Assembly (NCBI GenBank): GCA_048886685.1
Contig: JBHLKM010000009.1
Coordinates: 96,001-160,000, forward strand
Source of the DNA: Candidatus Hodarchaeota archaeon
GTDB taxonomy: Archaea; Asgardarchaeota; Lokiarchaeia; Sigyniarchaeales; SOKP01
Direction: 5' to 3'
DNA: 64,000 nucleotides
Under the pieces are notes generated by a model, which saw only the letters and a list, made by a program, of their open reading frames with translations, was not told where the DNA came from and did no database searches. The position numbers and the translations under genes were made by a program. Every line of letters starts with the position of its first letter. Position 1 is the first letter of the stretch. Below are positions 47,288-57,371 of the stretch, piece by piece.

Positions 47288-48043
47288 ATGTTCTTAAAAA
47301 TAAAGATTGTTCACATTGACGAAACTAAATCTACCCAAGACAGTATAACCGAATACCTTAAAAATGATTACTATTCGTCACTATTGTTAGTTGCGAAAAC
47401 GCAAACAAAAGGTCGTGGAAGAAAACAAGATGACTGGCATTCTCCAGAGGGAGGATTTTGGGCAACTCTGGGATTAACCACTTCATTAACTTTGAATGAA
47501 TCACAATTAGCTTTGTTCCACTATTTTACAGCAACATTATTATCACGAATTATTAAGGAAGAATATGATTTACAAGTTCAAATTAAGTGGCCTAATGACA
47601 TATTATATGAAAATAGAAAACTAGCAGGAATCTTAATCGATTATGTAATATGTTCCCAAGAAAATTATATACTGATTGGAACGGGAGTAAATTTAAATAA
47701 TTCAAGTAATGAGATGCCGGAAAGTTTAAAATCATCAGCAATTTCAATAAAAGATATATTACATAAACCAGTATCAATTGATACTTTTGCTCTAAAAATT
47801 TGTTTTTATGCAAACGAATATTATTCACCAATTATAGAATGTAATCAAAAAAAAATTCTAGATTTAATTCAAGAATATAATCAAAACTCTCGAATTTTCG
47901 GTAAAGATGCTATTCTTGATGATTTACAAAAATATTATTGCCATGGAATTAATAAAGAAGGATTATTGCAATTTTCGAATAAAAACTCAAAGTTAAATTT
48001 AAAAATTGATGATTTAACAAGGATAAAAAAGATAATTTTCTGA
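47288..48043 (+). CDS. birA: Biotin--protein ligase (no HTH domain)
   Basis: STQD, QTKGRGR, W.SPEGG, KWPND, KLAGIL. Confidence 0.93.
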   Translation: MFLKIKIVHIDETKSTQDSITEYLKNDYYSSLLLVAKTQTKGRGRKQDDWHSPEGGFWATLGLTTSLTLNESQLALFHYFTATLLSRIIKEEYDLQVQIKWPNDILYENRKLAGILIDYVICSQENYILIGTGVNLNNSSNEMPESLKSSAISIKDILHKPVSIDTFALKICFYANEYYSPIIECNQKKILDLIQEYNQNSRIFGKDAILDDLQKYYCHGINKEGLLQFSNKNSKLNLKIDDLTRIKKIIF

Positions 48044-48049
48044 TAAGCA

Positions 48050-49279
48050 TCACATAGTCTCTACGAGTATGGAAATAATATTATTACCGAAACCTCCGAA
48101 GTTGCATGTAATTCCAGCTTCTGCACCTTCGACCTGTCGTTTCCCAGCTTCACCTCTTAATTGCCAAACTAACTCAACAATTTGAGCAACTCCTGTCGCA
48201 CCTAAAGGATGTCCTCGTGCTTTTAATCCTCCTGAGGGATTTATAGGAATTTTTCCCCCAATTTCAGTTTGTCCGTTATGAGCTGCTTTTGCCCCTTCTC
48301 CTTTTTTGAAGAAGCCAATATCTTCTGATTGGACTGCTTCAAGGATCTCAAATGCGTCATGCAGTTCAGCTACATCTATATCTTTGGGGGATTTTTTTGC
48401 CATTTTGTATGCTTGATCTGAACATAATCTTAAAGCTTTTAGGGTAGTAAGGTCTTCGCGTTCAAATACGATGTGAGTATCTGTTGCTTGACCTATACCT
48501 GAAATCATAATAGGTGTATCAATAAAATCCTTAGCTTTTTCAGCATTACATAAAACTAAAGCTGCTGCTCCATCTGAGATGGGACAAATATGAAAAAGTC
48601 TTAAAGGATCGGCGATTATTGGATTTACTTCATCATCTTTTAGAAAATCATGAATGTTGTTCCAATTACCCCTTCCCTTTTGAGTGGCACTCTTCATAAA
48701 ATCATCAATTGCCCTTTGAAAATGTGCATTCGGGTTTAAAACTCCATTTTTATGGTTTTTAATCGCGATATCTGAGATCCATTCAATTTTAGCATTATAT
48801 TTTTCAAGATATACTCGTGTTAATAAACCCGCGAAAGAAGGAAGAGAAACACCATGAGGTTTTTCTGCTTCGGGATGTGTTAAAGTGGCAACATTGGAAG
48901 TAATATAGCCAGGAGTCGTAATATGAGTCATTTTTTCTCCACCAACCACTAATACTAAATCACTCATTCCTGAGGCAATTGCTTGAAAACCAGCTTTTAT
49001 TGCTGATCCTCCACTAGCAGGTCCATTTTTAATATCATCTGCTGCTGCAGGAATCAAACTGATTCTATCTACTAAAGCACTCGCAATACCAGATAAATGA
49101 TTGAGAATTTCTGGACTCATAACACCTACATACACCGAATCAAAATCTTTATCCCCAGTGTTGGAATCTTCAATAGCTTCTAAAGATGCTTCACATAAGA
49201 GATCCATTAATCCTTTGTCTTGTAGTCTACCGAATTTAGTATGCCCTACTCCAATAATTGCTACCTTGTTCATTATCAT
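48050..49279 (-). CDS. Archaeal/SCP2-type thiolase-family protein lacking the nucleophilic Cys
   Basis: VAIIGVG.TKFG, NGPASGG in place of xACASG, CPISDGAAA, ELHDAF, NPSGGL..GHPLGATG. Confidence 0.85.
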   Translation of the reverse strand: MIMNKVAIIGVGHTKFGRLQDKGLMDLLCEASLEAIEDSNTGDKDFDSVYVGVMSPEILNHLSGIASALVDRISLIPAAADDIKNGPASGGSAIKAGFQAIASGMSDLVLVVGGEKMTHITTPGYITSNVATLTHPEAEKPHGVSLPSFAGLLTRVYLEKYNAKIEWISDIAIKNHKNGVLNPNAHFQRAIDDFMKSATQKGRGNWNNIHDFLKDDEVNPIIADPLRLFHICPISDGAAALVLCNAEKAKDFIDTPIMISGIGQATDTHIVFEREDLTTLKALRLCSDQAYKMAKKSPKDIDVAELHDAFEILEAVQSEDIGFFKKGEGAKAAHNGQTEIGGKIPINPSGGLKARGHPLGATGVAQIVELVWQLRGEAGKRQVEGAEAGITCNFGGFGNNIISILVETM

Positions 49280-49416
49280 AAAGAATTATAGGTATTTAAA
49301 AAATCTTCTTAGACTTTTTAAATTTTCTGATATTCAAATAACTTAAGATCTTTTCACACAATTTTATTTTCTAATAAACAAACCTAATTCAAAATGTAAA
49401 AAAAAGGGATAAACAA

Positions 49417-49818
49417 TTGAGATTTAAGTATATTTATCCTTTATTTGCTTTTTTAATTTCCATGTTTTTAGTTACGGTTTTTTTAATACAAGATTACATC
49501 TGGATAATAATCCCTTCTTTTGTTATATTTTATCCGATGCCATATCTTTCTGCACTTAAAGAGACAGCACGGAACAAAAGCGTGGTTGTTAAAATTAAAA
49601 ATAAGTCCCCATTCATGATTCCTATTATATTCTTCTCTTTACCTACAATAATTATCAATAGCATCTTTCTTTATAGAGATTTGATTGCTTTATTACTATT
49701 CTTTATGATCTTTTTTATCAGTTTGGTGTTTTACTTTTCAGGAATTTACCTTTTAATTGGGGATTTAAAAAAGCAATTTGAAATTACGATAGACCTATTG
49801 AAGTTGATGAAGAACTGA
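49417..49818 (+). CDS. Hypothetical membrane protein
   Basis: About four hydrophobic segments; TTG start; stop overlaps the start of the next gene. Confidence 0.55.
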   Translation: MRFKYIYPLFAFLISMFLVTVFLIQDYIWIIIPSFVIFYPMPYLSALKETARNKSVVVKIKNKSPFMIPIIFFSLPTIIINSIFLYRDLIALLLFFMIFFISLVFYFSGIYLLIGDLKKQFEITIDLLKLMKN

Positions 49819-51134
49819 AAAAAAAGAAACTTTTATTAATAAATCCTGTAAACAAAGATGTAGCAGGATTAACGATTAACCCATCCTCAACATTTCCACC
49901 TTTAGGGTTAGGAATAATAGCCGCTTTAACTCCCGACACCTTTAAAATAAAGTTAATTGATGAGAATTTTGAAAATTTTGAGTATGAAGACGCCGACCTC
50001 GTTGGGATTACCGCATTTACGTCAGTGGCAAACCGTGCATATGAAATTGCTGCTCTTTATAGAAATAAAAATATCCCAGTTATTATGGGGGGAATCCATG
50101 CTTCAATGGTTCCTGAAGAAGCTTTAGATTACGTTGATTCTGTTGTAATAGGTGAAGCAGAAAGTATTTGGCCTACAATTATAAAAGATTTTCTTAATAA
50201 TAAATTAGAAAAGAAATATCAAGGTGTTCATTTAAATTTAGAGAATATTATTATCCCTAATAGAAAGATATTTAGTAATAGATATTTGTTTGGGACTTTA
50301 CAAACTTCAAGAGGGTGCCCTATGGATTGTTATTTCTGTTCGGTAAGCGCATTCAATGGAAGAAAATACAGACAACGCCCCTACGAGGAAGTCCTAGATG
50401 AATTGGAAAAAATGCCTCAAAGAATGATTTTCTTTGTGGACGATAATATTCTAGGATATGGTAAAAGTGCTGAAGAGCGAGCAATTAACCTTTTTAAAGG
50501 GATGGTGGAAAGGAAATTAAACAAAACTTGGTTCTGCCAAGCTTCATTAAACTTTGGGAGCAATGAGGAAGTCATAAAATGGGCAGCGAAAGCAGGATGT
50601 AAAATGGTATTTTTAGGATTAGAATCTGCTGATCCAGAGGAACTTAAAGCAATGGATAAAAAATTGAACCTTCAACTTGAATATGAAAGAGCTTTCAAAA
50701 ATATTAATAAATATAAGATCGCAGTTTTAGGAGCATTTATTTTTGGCTCTGATTCTGAAACAAAAGAAAGTATGTATCGAAAGGTCAAATACATATTGAA
50801 AAATCGTATTGATGTTATCCAAACTACTACTTTAACCCCGTTACCAGGAACAAGATTGTTTAAAGAATTACGACAAAACGAAAGACTTATACATGAGAAT
50901 TTTCCTCAAGATTGGAAACTTTATGATATGGGACATTTAACTTATAGTATTAAAAACATGGAAAATGAAGAATTTATGAGAAGACATAAAAAATGTATTA
51001 GAAGACTTTATTCCAAATTTTCATTGTATAAAAAATTCTTTAAGACCTGGATTCATTCTAAAAGCTTTCAAACAGCGATGTGGGCATATAGTTCTAATAA
51101 AAACTATAGAAATGTTTCTTTATCGAATACTTAA
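49815..51134 (+). CDS. B12-binding radical SAM protein
   Basis: SRGCPMDCYFC, GGIHAS, FVDDN, GLES. The frame extends upstream of the ORF-track start through KKLLLINP...FPPLGLGIIAALTP...IDEN to CTG 49815. Confidence 0.88.
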   Translation: MKKKKLLLINPVNKDVAGLTINPSSTFPPLGLGIIAALTPDTFKIKLIDENFENFEYEDADLVGITAFTSVANRAYEIAALYRNKNIPVIMGGIHASMVPEEALDYVDSVVIGEAESIWPTIIKDFLNNKLEKKYQGVHLNLENIIIPNRKIFSNRYLFGTLQTSRGCPMDCYFCSVSAFNGRKYRQRPYEEVLDELEKMPQRMIFFVDDNILGYGKSAEERAINLFKGMVERKLNKTWFCQASLNFGSNEEVIKWAAKAGCKMVFLGLESADPEELKAMDKKLNLQLEYERAFKNINKYKIAVLGAFIFGSDSETKESMYRKVKYILKNRIDVIQTTTLTPLPGTRLFKELRQNERLIHENFPQDWKLYDMGHLTYSIKNMENEEFMRRHKKCIRRLYSKFSLYKKFFKTWIHSKSFQTAMWAYSSNKNYRNVSLSNT

Positions 51135-51349
51135 AATATTTCTTTTAATCTTGAGTTAATCTTTCCTTTAATATTACTGTCAATAATGAGAAAACCACTT
51201 TGTTCATCTAATTGACTAAATAATAATAATGTATTTTAGGATAAAATTTAATAAAAAATACTAATAATCTTGAATAATTATAAATTTAATATATATCAAG
51301 AACTTAATAAGCTCTGTATCTTAATGTTATAATTTTAAACAGATTTTAT

Positions 51350-51583
51350 ATGATTATTGAAATTATCGAAGATTTATGCAAAGGCTGTGAATATTGTATA
51401 GAAATTTGTCCAGAAAAGATTTTTAATAAATCAAAAAAGCTAAATCAGAGAGGATACTCAATACCAGAAATTAAAAATTCTGATTCTTGCACATACTGTA
51501 AGAGATGTGAGTTAATATGTCCAGAAATGGCAATAAATATTGAAAAGGAGGCAAATAATAATGCAGACTCCCACGGTAGATGA
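51350..51583 (+). CDS. korD: 2x[4Fe-4S] ferredoxin (delta subunit of 2-oxoacid oxidoreductase)
   Basis: CKGCEYCIEICP and CTYCKRCELICP. Confidence 0.85.
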   Translation: MIIEIIEDLCKGCEYCIEICPEKIFNKSKKLNQRGYSIPEIKNSDSCTYCKRCELICPEMAINIEKEANNNADSHGR

Positions 51584-52757
51584 AATATTAGAACCCAAAT
51601 TACAATTTGCGACTGGAAATGAAGCAATTGTCTATGGTGCTTTGTTAGCTAATTGTCGTTTCTTTGCCGGATATCCTATTACTCCTGCTACAGAAATCTT
51701 AGAATTAATGATGAGATACTTACCTATTTTAGAAGATGGATACTGTATCCAAATGGAAGATGAAATTAGTTCATTAGCAGCTATTATAGGTGCCAGTTGG
51801 AATAATTTTAGAACTATGACCGCTACTTCTGGTCCTGGTTTTTCTCTTATGCAAGAAAATATAGGGTATGCTTGTATGACAGAAACTCCGTGCGTAATTG
51901 TAGATGTTCAAAGAAGTGGCCCATCTACTGGTCAACCTACGAAAGCAGCTCAAGGGGATATAATGCAAGCGAGATGGGGGACCCATGGAGATCATTATAT
52001 TATAGCTCTATATCCCAATAGTGCACAAGAAAATCTCTTGTTAACAATAAGAGCTTTCAATTTAGCAGATAAATATCGAGTTCCAGTAATTTTACTTTCA
52101 GATGCAGTTATCGCCCATACAAGAGAAAAACTAGTAATTCCCTTTCAAAAGGATATAGATATTACTAAAAGAGTACCAGTTACCATCGATAAGGAGAAGT
52201 ATCATCCCTTTCGAACGGGTTATACTCAACCAACTAAAGTCCCTGAAATGGACAAGTTTGGAGATGAATATTACACATATTTAACAGGTTTAACTCATGA
52301 TATAACGGCATATCCTGCCACTGAGAGTGCTGAAATACATGAAAAGTTAGTAAAACGTTTCTATGAAAAGATTGCTGATAATAGACAGGAAATAATTAGA
52401 TTTGAACAGAAATATATTGAGGATGCGGATATAATTGTCATATCTTATGGAATTTCTTCTAGAACCTCTCTGATGGCTGTTGAAGAAGCACGAAAAAAAG
52501 GATATAAAGTAGGATATTTACGATTAATAACTATATGGCCATTTCCTCATGATTTGATTCATGAATTATCACATAACATAAAAAAGTTCATAGTAGTTGA
52601 AATGAATTTAGGGCAGATTTATCATAAAATAAAAGAACATTCTAGAGGAACTTGCGAAGTAGATAGATATAATAGTATAGGAGGAAAAATACCTCATCCA
52701 AAAGAAATAATGAAAAAAATAAAAGGGGGACCGATTAGTGATGAGATCATCGACTGA
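51561..52757 (+). CDS. korA: 2-oxoacid:ferredoxin oxidoreductase alpha subunit
   Basis: GNEA, GYPITPATE, QMEDEI, TATSGPGFSLM, QRSGPSTG. Start set at the ATG after AAGGAGG. Confidence 0.9.
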   Translation: MQTPTVDEILEPKLQFATGNEAIVYGALLANCRFFAGYPITPATEILELMMRYLPILEDGYCIQMEDEISSLAAIIGASWNNFRTMTATSGPGFSLMQENIGYACMTETPCVIVDVQRSGPSTGQPTKAAQGDIMQARWGTHGDHYIIALYPNSAQENLLLTIRAFNLADKYRVPVILLSDAVIAHTREKLVIPFQKDIDITKRVPVTIDKEKYHPFRTGYTQPTKVPEMDKFGDEYYTYLTGLTHDITAYPATESAEIHEKLVKRFYEKIADNRQEIIRFEQKYIEDADIIVISYGISSRTSLMAVEEARKKGYKVGYLRLITIWPFPHDLIHELSHNIKKFIVVEMNLGQIYHKIKEHSRGTCEVDRYNSIGGKIPHPKEIMKKIKGGPISDEIID

Positions 52758-53616
52758 ATTAAGAAAAAAATATTTACGTGAAGAATTATTACCCACCCTT
52801 TTTTGTTCAGGATGCGGTAATGGACAGATATTAAATTATACTATTAGAGCTATCGATGATTTAGATATCTCACAAGATAATTTAGTTTTTGTATCTGGTA
52901 TTGGATGCTCCTCAAGATTACCTGCATATATAGAAGCAGATGGTGTTCATACAACTCATGGTCGAGCTATTGCTTTCGCAACAGGAATAAAAATAACGAA
53001 TCCTGATTTGAATGTTATTGTTTTTACTGGAGATGGTGATTTAGCTGCTATTGGATTAAATCATTTTCTTCAAGCTGTTAGAAGAAATATTGGGATTACA
53101 GTCATATGTGTGAATAATGAAACCTATGGTATGACTGGTGGTCAATTATCCCCTACTACTCCTGTTGGATATTCTACTATTACCTCGCCTTATCAAAATA
53201 TAGAATTTGCGTTTAATCTTTCATTCTTAGCAAAAGCAGCAGGAGCTGCTTACGTAGCTCGTTGGACAACAGCTAATTCAATACAGGTAATTAACTCAAT
53301 AAAAAAAGGTTTGCAAAAGAAAGGATTTGCTTTCATAGAAATCATTTCTCCTTGCCCTGTAGGTAAAAAGCAGTTCAAATATCCAAAAGATTATTTAAAT
53401 TTTTTATTAAACGAAACAATTCGCTATTCCGCTAAAGTAAAAGATGAGACTTCTGCCCGAATATTTAAAGATTTAAATGAATGTTTTACAGGAGATTATC
53501 TTGGAAAGATTATTATAGGAGAGATTGCTGATCTTGAAAAACCCTCTTTTCATGAATTATATAAACAACTAAAGGAGAGAAGCTTAAATGAATTTTGGGA
53601 AAGAAGAGCAAAATGA
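52738..53616 (+). CDS. korB: 2-oxoacid:ferredoxin oxidoreductase beta subunit
   Basis: CSGCG, SGIGCS, HGRA, GDGD TPP motif, YGMTGGQ, SPC. Confidence 0.92.
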   Translation: MMRSSTELRKKYLREELLPTLFCSGCGNGQILNYTIRAIDDLDISQDNLVFVSGIGCSSRLPAYIEADGVHTTHGRAIAFATGIKITNPDLNVIVFTGDGDLAAIGLNHFLQAVRRNIGITVICVNNETYGMTGGQLSPTTPVGYSTITSPYQNIEFAFNLSFLAKAAGAAYVARWTTANSIQVINSIKKGLQKKGFAFIEIISPCPVGKKQFKYPKDYLNFLLNETIRYSAKVKDETSARIFKDLNECFTGDYLGKIIIGEIADLEKPSFHELYKQLKERSLNEFWERRAK

Positions 53617-54133
53617 ATTTATAATTAAATTTTGTGGTTTAGGCGGTATGGGAATAATATTAACAAGCATTATCTTAGGAAAAGCAGCCGTCTATGATAA
53701 TAAAAATGCCATCCAAACTCAGTCATATGGTCCAGAACAAAGGGGTACAACAGTAACAAGTGATGTCATTATTTCTGATGAAGAATTAATATCTTTTCCA
53801 GTAGAACAAAAGTTAGATTTTCTGGTTGCATTCAGTCAAGATGCCTATAACTCTTATAAGCAAATAGTTAAAGAAAATGGTTTAATTTTTGTAAATTCGG
53901 ATTTGGCAAAAATAAATTCGGGGGAGACTAATACCTTTAAGATACCAGCGAGTTCGATCGCAATGGAATTAAATAATGAAAAAGTGTTAAATGTGGCTAT
54001 GTTAGGTGGTCTCGTCAAAATTACTAATTTAGTCTCAAAAGAATCGATTATTAAATCTATTAACAATACTGTCCATTCTCGATTTGTTTCTCTTAATGTT
54101 AGTGCTTTTAATAGAGGATATAGTTATTTCTAA
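53588..54133 (+). CDS. korC: 2-oxoacid:ferredoxin oxidoreductase gamma subunit
   Basis: GLGGMG, QSYGPEQRG, NVAMLG, N..AF.RG. Confidence 0.88.
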   Translation: MNFGKEEQNEFIIKFCGLGGMGIILTSIILGKAAVYDNKNAIQTQSYGPEQRGTTVTSDVIISDEELISFPVEQKLDFLVAFSQDAYNSYKQIVKENGLIFVNSDLAKINSGETNTFKIPASSIAMELNNEKVLNVAMLGGLVKITNLVSKESIIKSINNTVHSRFVSLNVSAFNRGYSYF

Positions 54134-54173
54134 TTAAGAGAATTGAGATCATAATAAAAATTATGTGTGTAAA

Positions 54174-55175
54174 TTAATCTTGAGATAATTTTTTCTTTAA
54201 GGCTTCTGTTAACATCGGGACAATTACTTTGTAATCACCTACTATGCCATAATCACACACATCAAATATAGGTGCATTAGGATCTTTATTTATAGCAATT
54301 ATTTTTTTACTGCTTTTCATGCCAACTAAATGTTGTGTTGTGCCTGATATCCCGCATGCAATATATATGTTTGGGCATACAACAGTTCCACTTTGTCCTA
54401 CTTGACATGATTTTGAGATCCATCCCGCATCAACTGCGGCTCTACTCGCACCTACCGCAGCATTCAACACTCCTGCTAATTCTTCAATGATTTTAAAATT
54501 TTCTTTACTCCCTATTCCTCTACCACCTGATACGATGACATCTGCTTCATCTATGGGTTTAACATCGATTGTCGTTGTTTCAATCTTTTCAATTATTTTT
54601 GTTTTTAGTTGACTCAGTTCAATTTCTACGGAATATTCTATAATTTCAGGATTATTCTTATCACCCGCTTCTGATTTTTCCATTACATTGGGTCTAACTG
54701 TTGCCATTTGAGGTCTTTTATCTGGACATACTATATCAGCTAAATAATTTGCTCCGTATACAGTTCGAGTCTGAATTAAATTTCCTTCTTGAATATCTAA
54801 ATCAATGCAATCTGCTGTCAAACCTGTTTCAAGAGTAGCTGCTATTCTAGGAGCTAAATCTCTGCCTATCTTAGTTGCTGGCATTAGTAAAATACTAGGC
54901 GTGTATTTCTTTACTAAATCAACTAATATTGAAGAATATGTTTCTGTAAGATATTCCTGTAATGTCTCATTTTCACATAAATAAATTTTATCGATCCCAT
55001 GGTTTGAAAGTTCCTCACAGAATTTTGATAAATTATTACCAAGTAGAACAGCACATACTTTTTCATTTGATTGTTTTGATAATTGTTTTGCCTTTCCTAG
55101 TAGTTCAAAAGAAACTCCTCTAATTGAGTCTTTTTTGAGCTCAATAAATACCCAGATATCTTTATAATCCACCAT
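54174..55175 (-). CDS. etfA: Electron transfer flavoprotein alpha subunit
   Basis: GLTADC, QMATVRP, VSGGRG, GASRAAVD, QVGQSG, GISG..QH. Confidence 0.95.
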   Translation of the reverse strand: MVDYKDIWVFIELKKDSIRGVSFELLGKAKQLSKQSNEKVCAVLLGNNLSKFCEELSNHGIDKIYLCENETLQEYLTETYSSILVDLVKKYTPSILLMPATKIGRDLAPRIAATLETGLTADCIDLDIQEGNLIQTRTVYGANYLADIVCPDKRPQMATVRPNVMEKSEAGDKNNPEIIEYSVEIELSQLKTKIIEKIETTTIDVKPIDEADVIVSGGRGIGSKENFKIIEELAGVLNAAVGASRAAVDAGWISKSCQVGQSGTVVCPNIYIACGISGTTQHLVGMKSSKKIIAINKDPNAPIFDVCDYGIVGDYKVIVPMLTEALKKKLSQD

Positions 55176-55177
55176 GA

Positions 55178-55963
55178 TTAAATCACCTTATCTTTAGATA
55201 ATAACTCAATTAACTTTACTACAGCAGCACTTGGTTCCTCAGTAATGACTATTCCCTGTTCTCTTTTAGGAGGTTCATAGAGTTTTTTTACTTCTATTAA
55301 GGAACCCGCAGGCCCATATTTATTTTTATCACCTTCAAGATCATCCGCATTCCAAACTTCATAAGGTTTTTTATTAGCGGCTAGTATTTTTGGTAGTGGT
55401 GGAATACTGGGTTGAAAAGATGAAGAGGGGATTCCCGCAATGACTAAAGGTATGGTTGATTCTATTATTCTATAGCCCTCATCTGTTTGAGCTTTTATTT
55501 TAATTGTTCCATCTACGACTACTTCAGTACTTTCTGCATATGTTACTTGAGGAATATCCAGTATTGCAGCCAATTCAGGTCCTACTTGACTTAAACCGGT
55601 ATCAAAAGAAGAATTTCCACAAAAAATTATACTATAATCGCCGATTTTTTTTATAGCAGCAGCAAGGATATTAGATGTTGCAAATGTATCAGAATCTTTA
55701 AAATTGTCATCGTTTAGTAGTATAGCTTTATCAGCTCCTAAAGCTAAACATCTCATTAAGGTACTTTTTGTTTCAGAATCGCCTATTGAGATAGCGATGA
55801 TCTCATCACCTTCTTTTCTTATCTTAATAGCTTCTTCTAAAGCAAACTGATCGAAGGGATTAATTATTGTCGAGACTCCTTCTTTCATTACCTTATTTGT
55901 CTTTGAATCAATCTTAAGTTCATTTGTTTCAGGAACCTGTTTTACACATACGATAAATCTCAT
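55178..55963 (-). CDS. etfB: Electron transfer flavoprotein beta subunit
   Basis: VCVKQVP, NPFD..ALEEA, ALGAD, DTFATS, QVGP. Confidence 0.95.
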   Translation of the reverse strand: MRFIVCVKQVPETNELKIDSKTNKVMKEGVSTIINPFDQFALEEAIKIRKEGDEIIAISIGDSETKSTLMRCLALGADKAILLNDDNFKDSDTFATSNILAAAIKKIGDYSIIFCGNSSFDTGLSQVGPELAAILDIPQVTYAESTEVVVDGTIKIKAQTDEGYRIIESTIPLVIAGIPSSSFQPSIPPLPKILAANKKPYEVWNADDLEGDKNKYGPAGSLIEVKKLYEPPKREQGIVITEEPSAAVVKLIELLSKDKVI

Positions 55964-56059
55964 AATTGTGAAAAACCTTGATTAAAATTATAGATTTTAT
56001 TTAATTCTCTTGCGAATTAATATAACTACTATTAAAAATATAAAAAAAAGTTATTGGTA

Positions 56060-57250
56060 TTACTTATAAGACGTTAATTCCTTACCTAGAAGTTCCCTTG
56101 CTACAATCATCTTCATGACTTCGCGTGTTCCTTCTGCCAATGAAAATGATCTTATTGCTCGCCAGGCTGCTTGGTCTGGACATTCTCGAGAATATCCAAA
56201 GGCGCCTTGCCACTGTATAACATCGTTTATTGCCTCGCAAGCCCAGTCAGAAGCAAACATTTTTGACATTGCTACAATTTTGCTTGTTTCAAATCGATTC
56301 CCTTTGCCTTCTTGCTCTAAATCAATCGCTCCTAATGCTTCATAACCTAATCGTCTCAACATTTCCAGCTTTGTATAGTGTTCAGCTAATCTAAAGTTGA
56401 TTTCTTGAAATTTTCCTAAGGGTTTTCCAAACACTGTTCTTTCTTTGACATAATTCATACCATTTTCCAACGATTTTAAACCTGCTGCTGCACAAATTAC
56501 AGCAATTAATGCTCTAGCATACTCATAACCTTCATGAATGATGTAAAATCCTTTATTTTCTTCCCCGAGTATGTAATGTTTAGGAATTCTCACATTATCA
56601 ATTGAAAATCCACCACAGGAAATTCCTTCTCGTCCTAAATCGTCTATGTAAGTGGGAGTTATCCCTTCAGCTGTCAATGGTAAGTAGAATACAGTCATAC
56701 CTCTCGAACCTAACTCAGGTGATTGGTGAGCGATAGTAACGTGACCTCCTCCATTATTAGCTGCTTCACGTACACCACTTATATACATTTTCTCGCCATT
56801 AACTATAAATGAATCTCCATCTCTCTTAATAGTCGTTTTTCCACCAACAACATCAGTTCCACCACCGCTTTCAGTTGTAGCAATTCCCAAAAACCATTCT
56901 CCCGAGCAGGTTTTTGGAAATATTTCTTTTTTTGCCTCTTCAGTTCCGTATTTGTTTAATAGAAAGCCCCATGCTGCTTGTACGAGATAGAATACACATG
57001 TTGATCCCGTGCAGTCTCCTTTAGCTAATTCTTCAGCGATTACTCCTGCGGTAACAGCGTTTAATCCAGATCCACCATACTCTGGATCTGCTGTACATGT
57101 TAGCAAACCTAATTCTGCCATACCTTTAATAACATCTTTAGGAATTTCTTTATTTTTCTCCATTTCAAGAGCAATCGGTGCTATTTTCTTTTGAGCAAAT
57201 TCTTTTACACTTTCTCTGATTAAATCTTGCTCTTCAGTAAATTCAATCAT
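56060..57250 (-). CDS. Acyl-CoA dehydrogenase
   Basis: TESGGGTD, NGEKMYIS, R..FGKP...Q, GAFGY, AEGT.EVM. Confidence 0.93.
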   Translation of the reverse strand: MIEFTEEQDLIRESVKEFAQKKIAPIALEMEKNKEIPKDVIKGMAELGLLTCTADPEYGGSGLNAVTAGVIAEELAKGDCTGSTCVFYLVQAAWGFLLNKYGTEEAKKEIFPKTCSGEWFLGIATTESGGGTDVVGGKTTIKRDGDSFIVNGEKMYISGVREAANNGGGHVTIAHQSPELGSRGMTVFYLPLTAEGITPTYIDDLGREGISCGGFSIDNVRIPKHYILGEENKGFYIIHEGYEYARALIAVICAAAGLKSLENGMNYVKERTVFGKPLGKFQEINFRLAEHYTKLEMLRRLGYEALGAIDLEQEGKGNRFETSKIVAMSKMFASDWACEAINDVIQWQGAFGYSRECPDQAAWRAIRSFSLAEGTREVMKMIVARELLGKELTSYK

Positions 57251-57371
57251 TTGATTTATACCTTCAAATTCACTTTTTTAAATTTTTATAAGAATTAAAA
57301 TTAAATCTTAGACTTTAAACTTATTCAATTTAGAAAATTTAGAGGAAAAAAATAAAAATTAAATAGTGATC

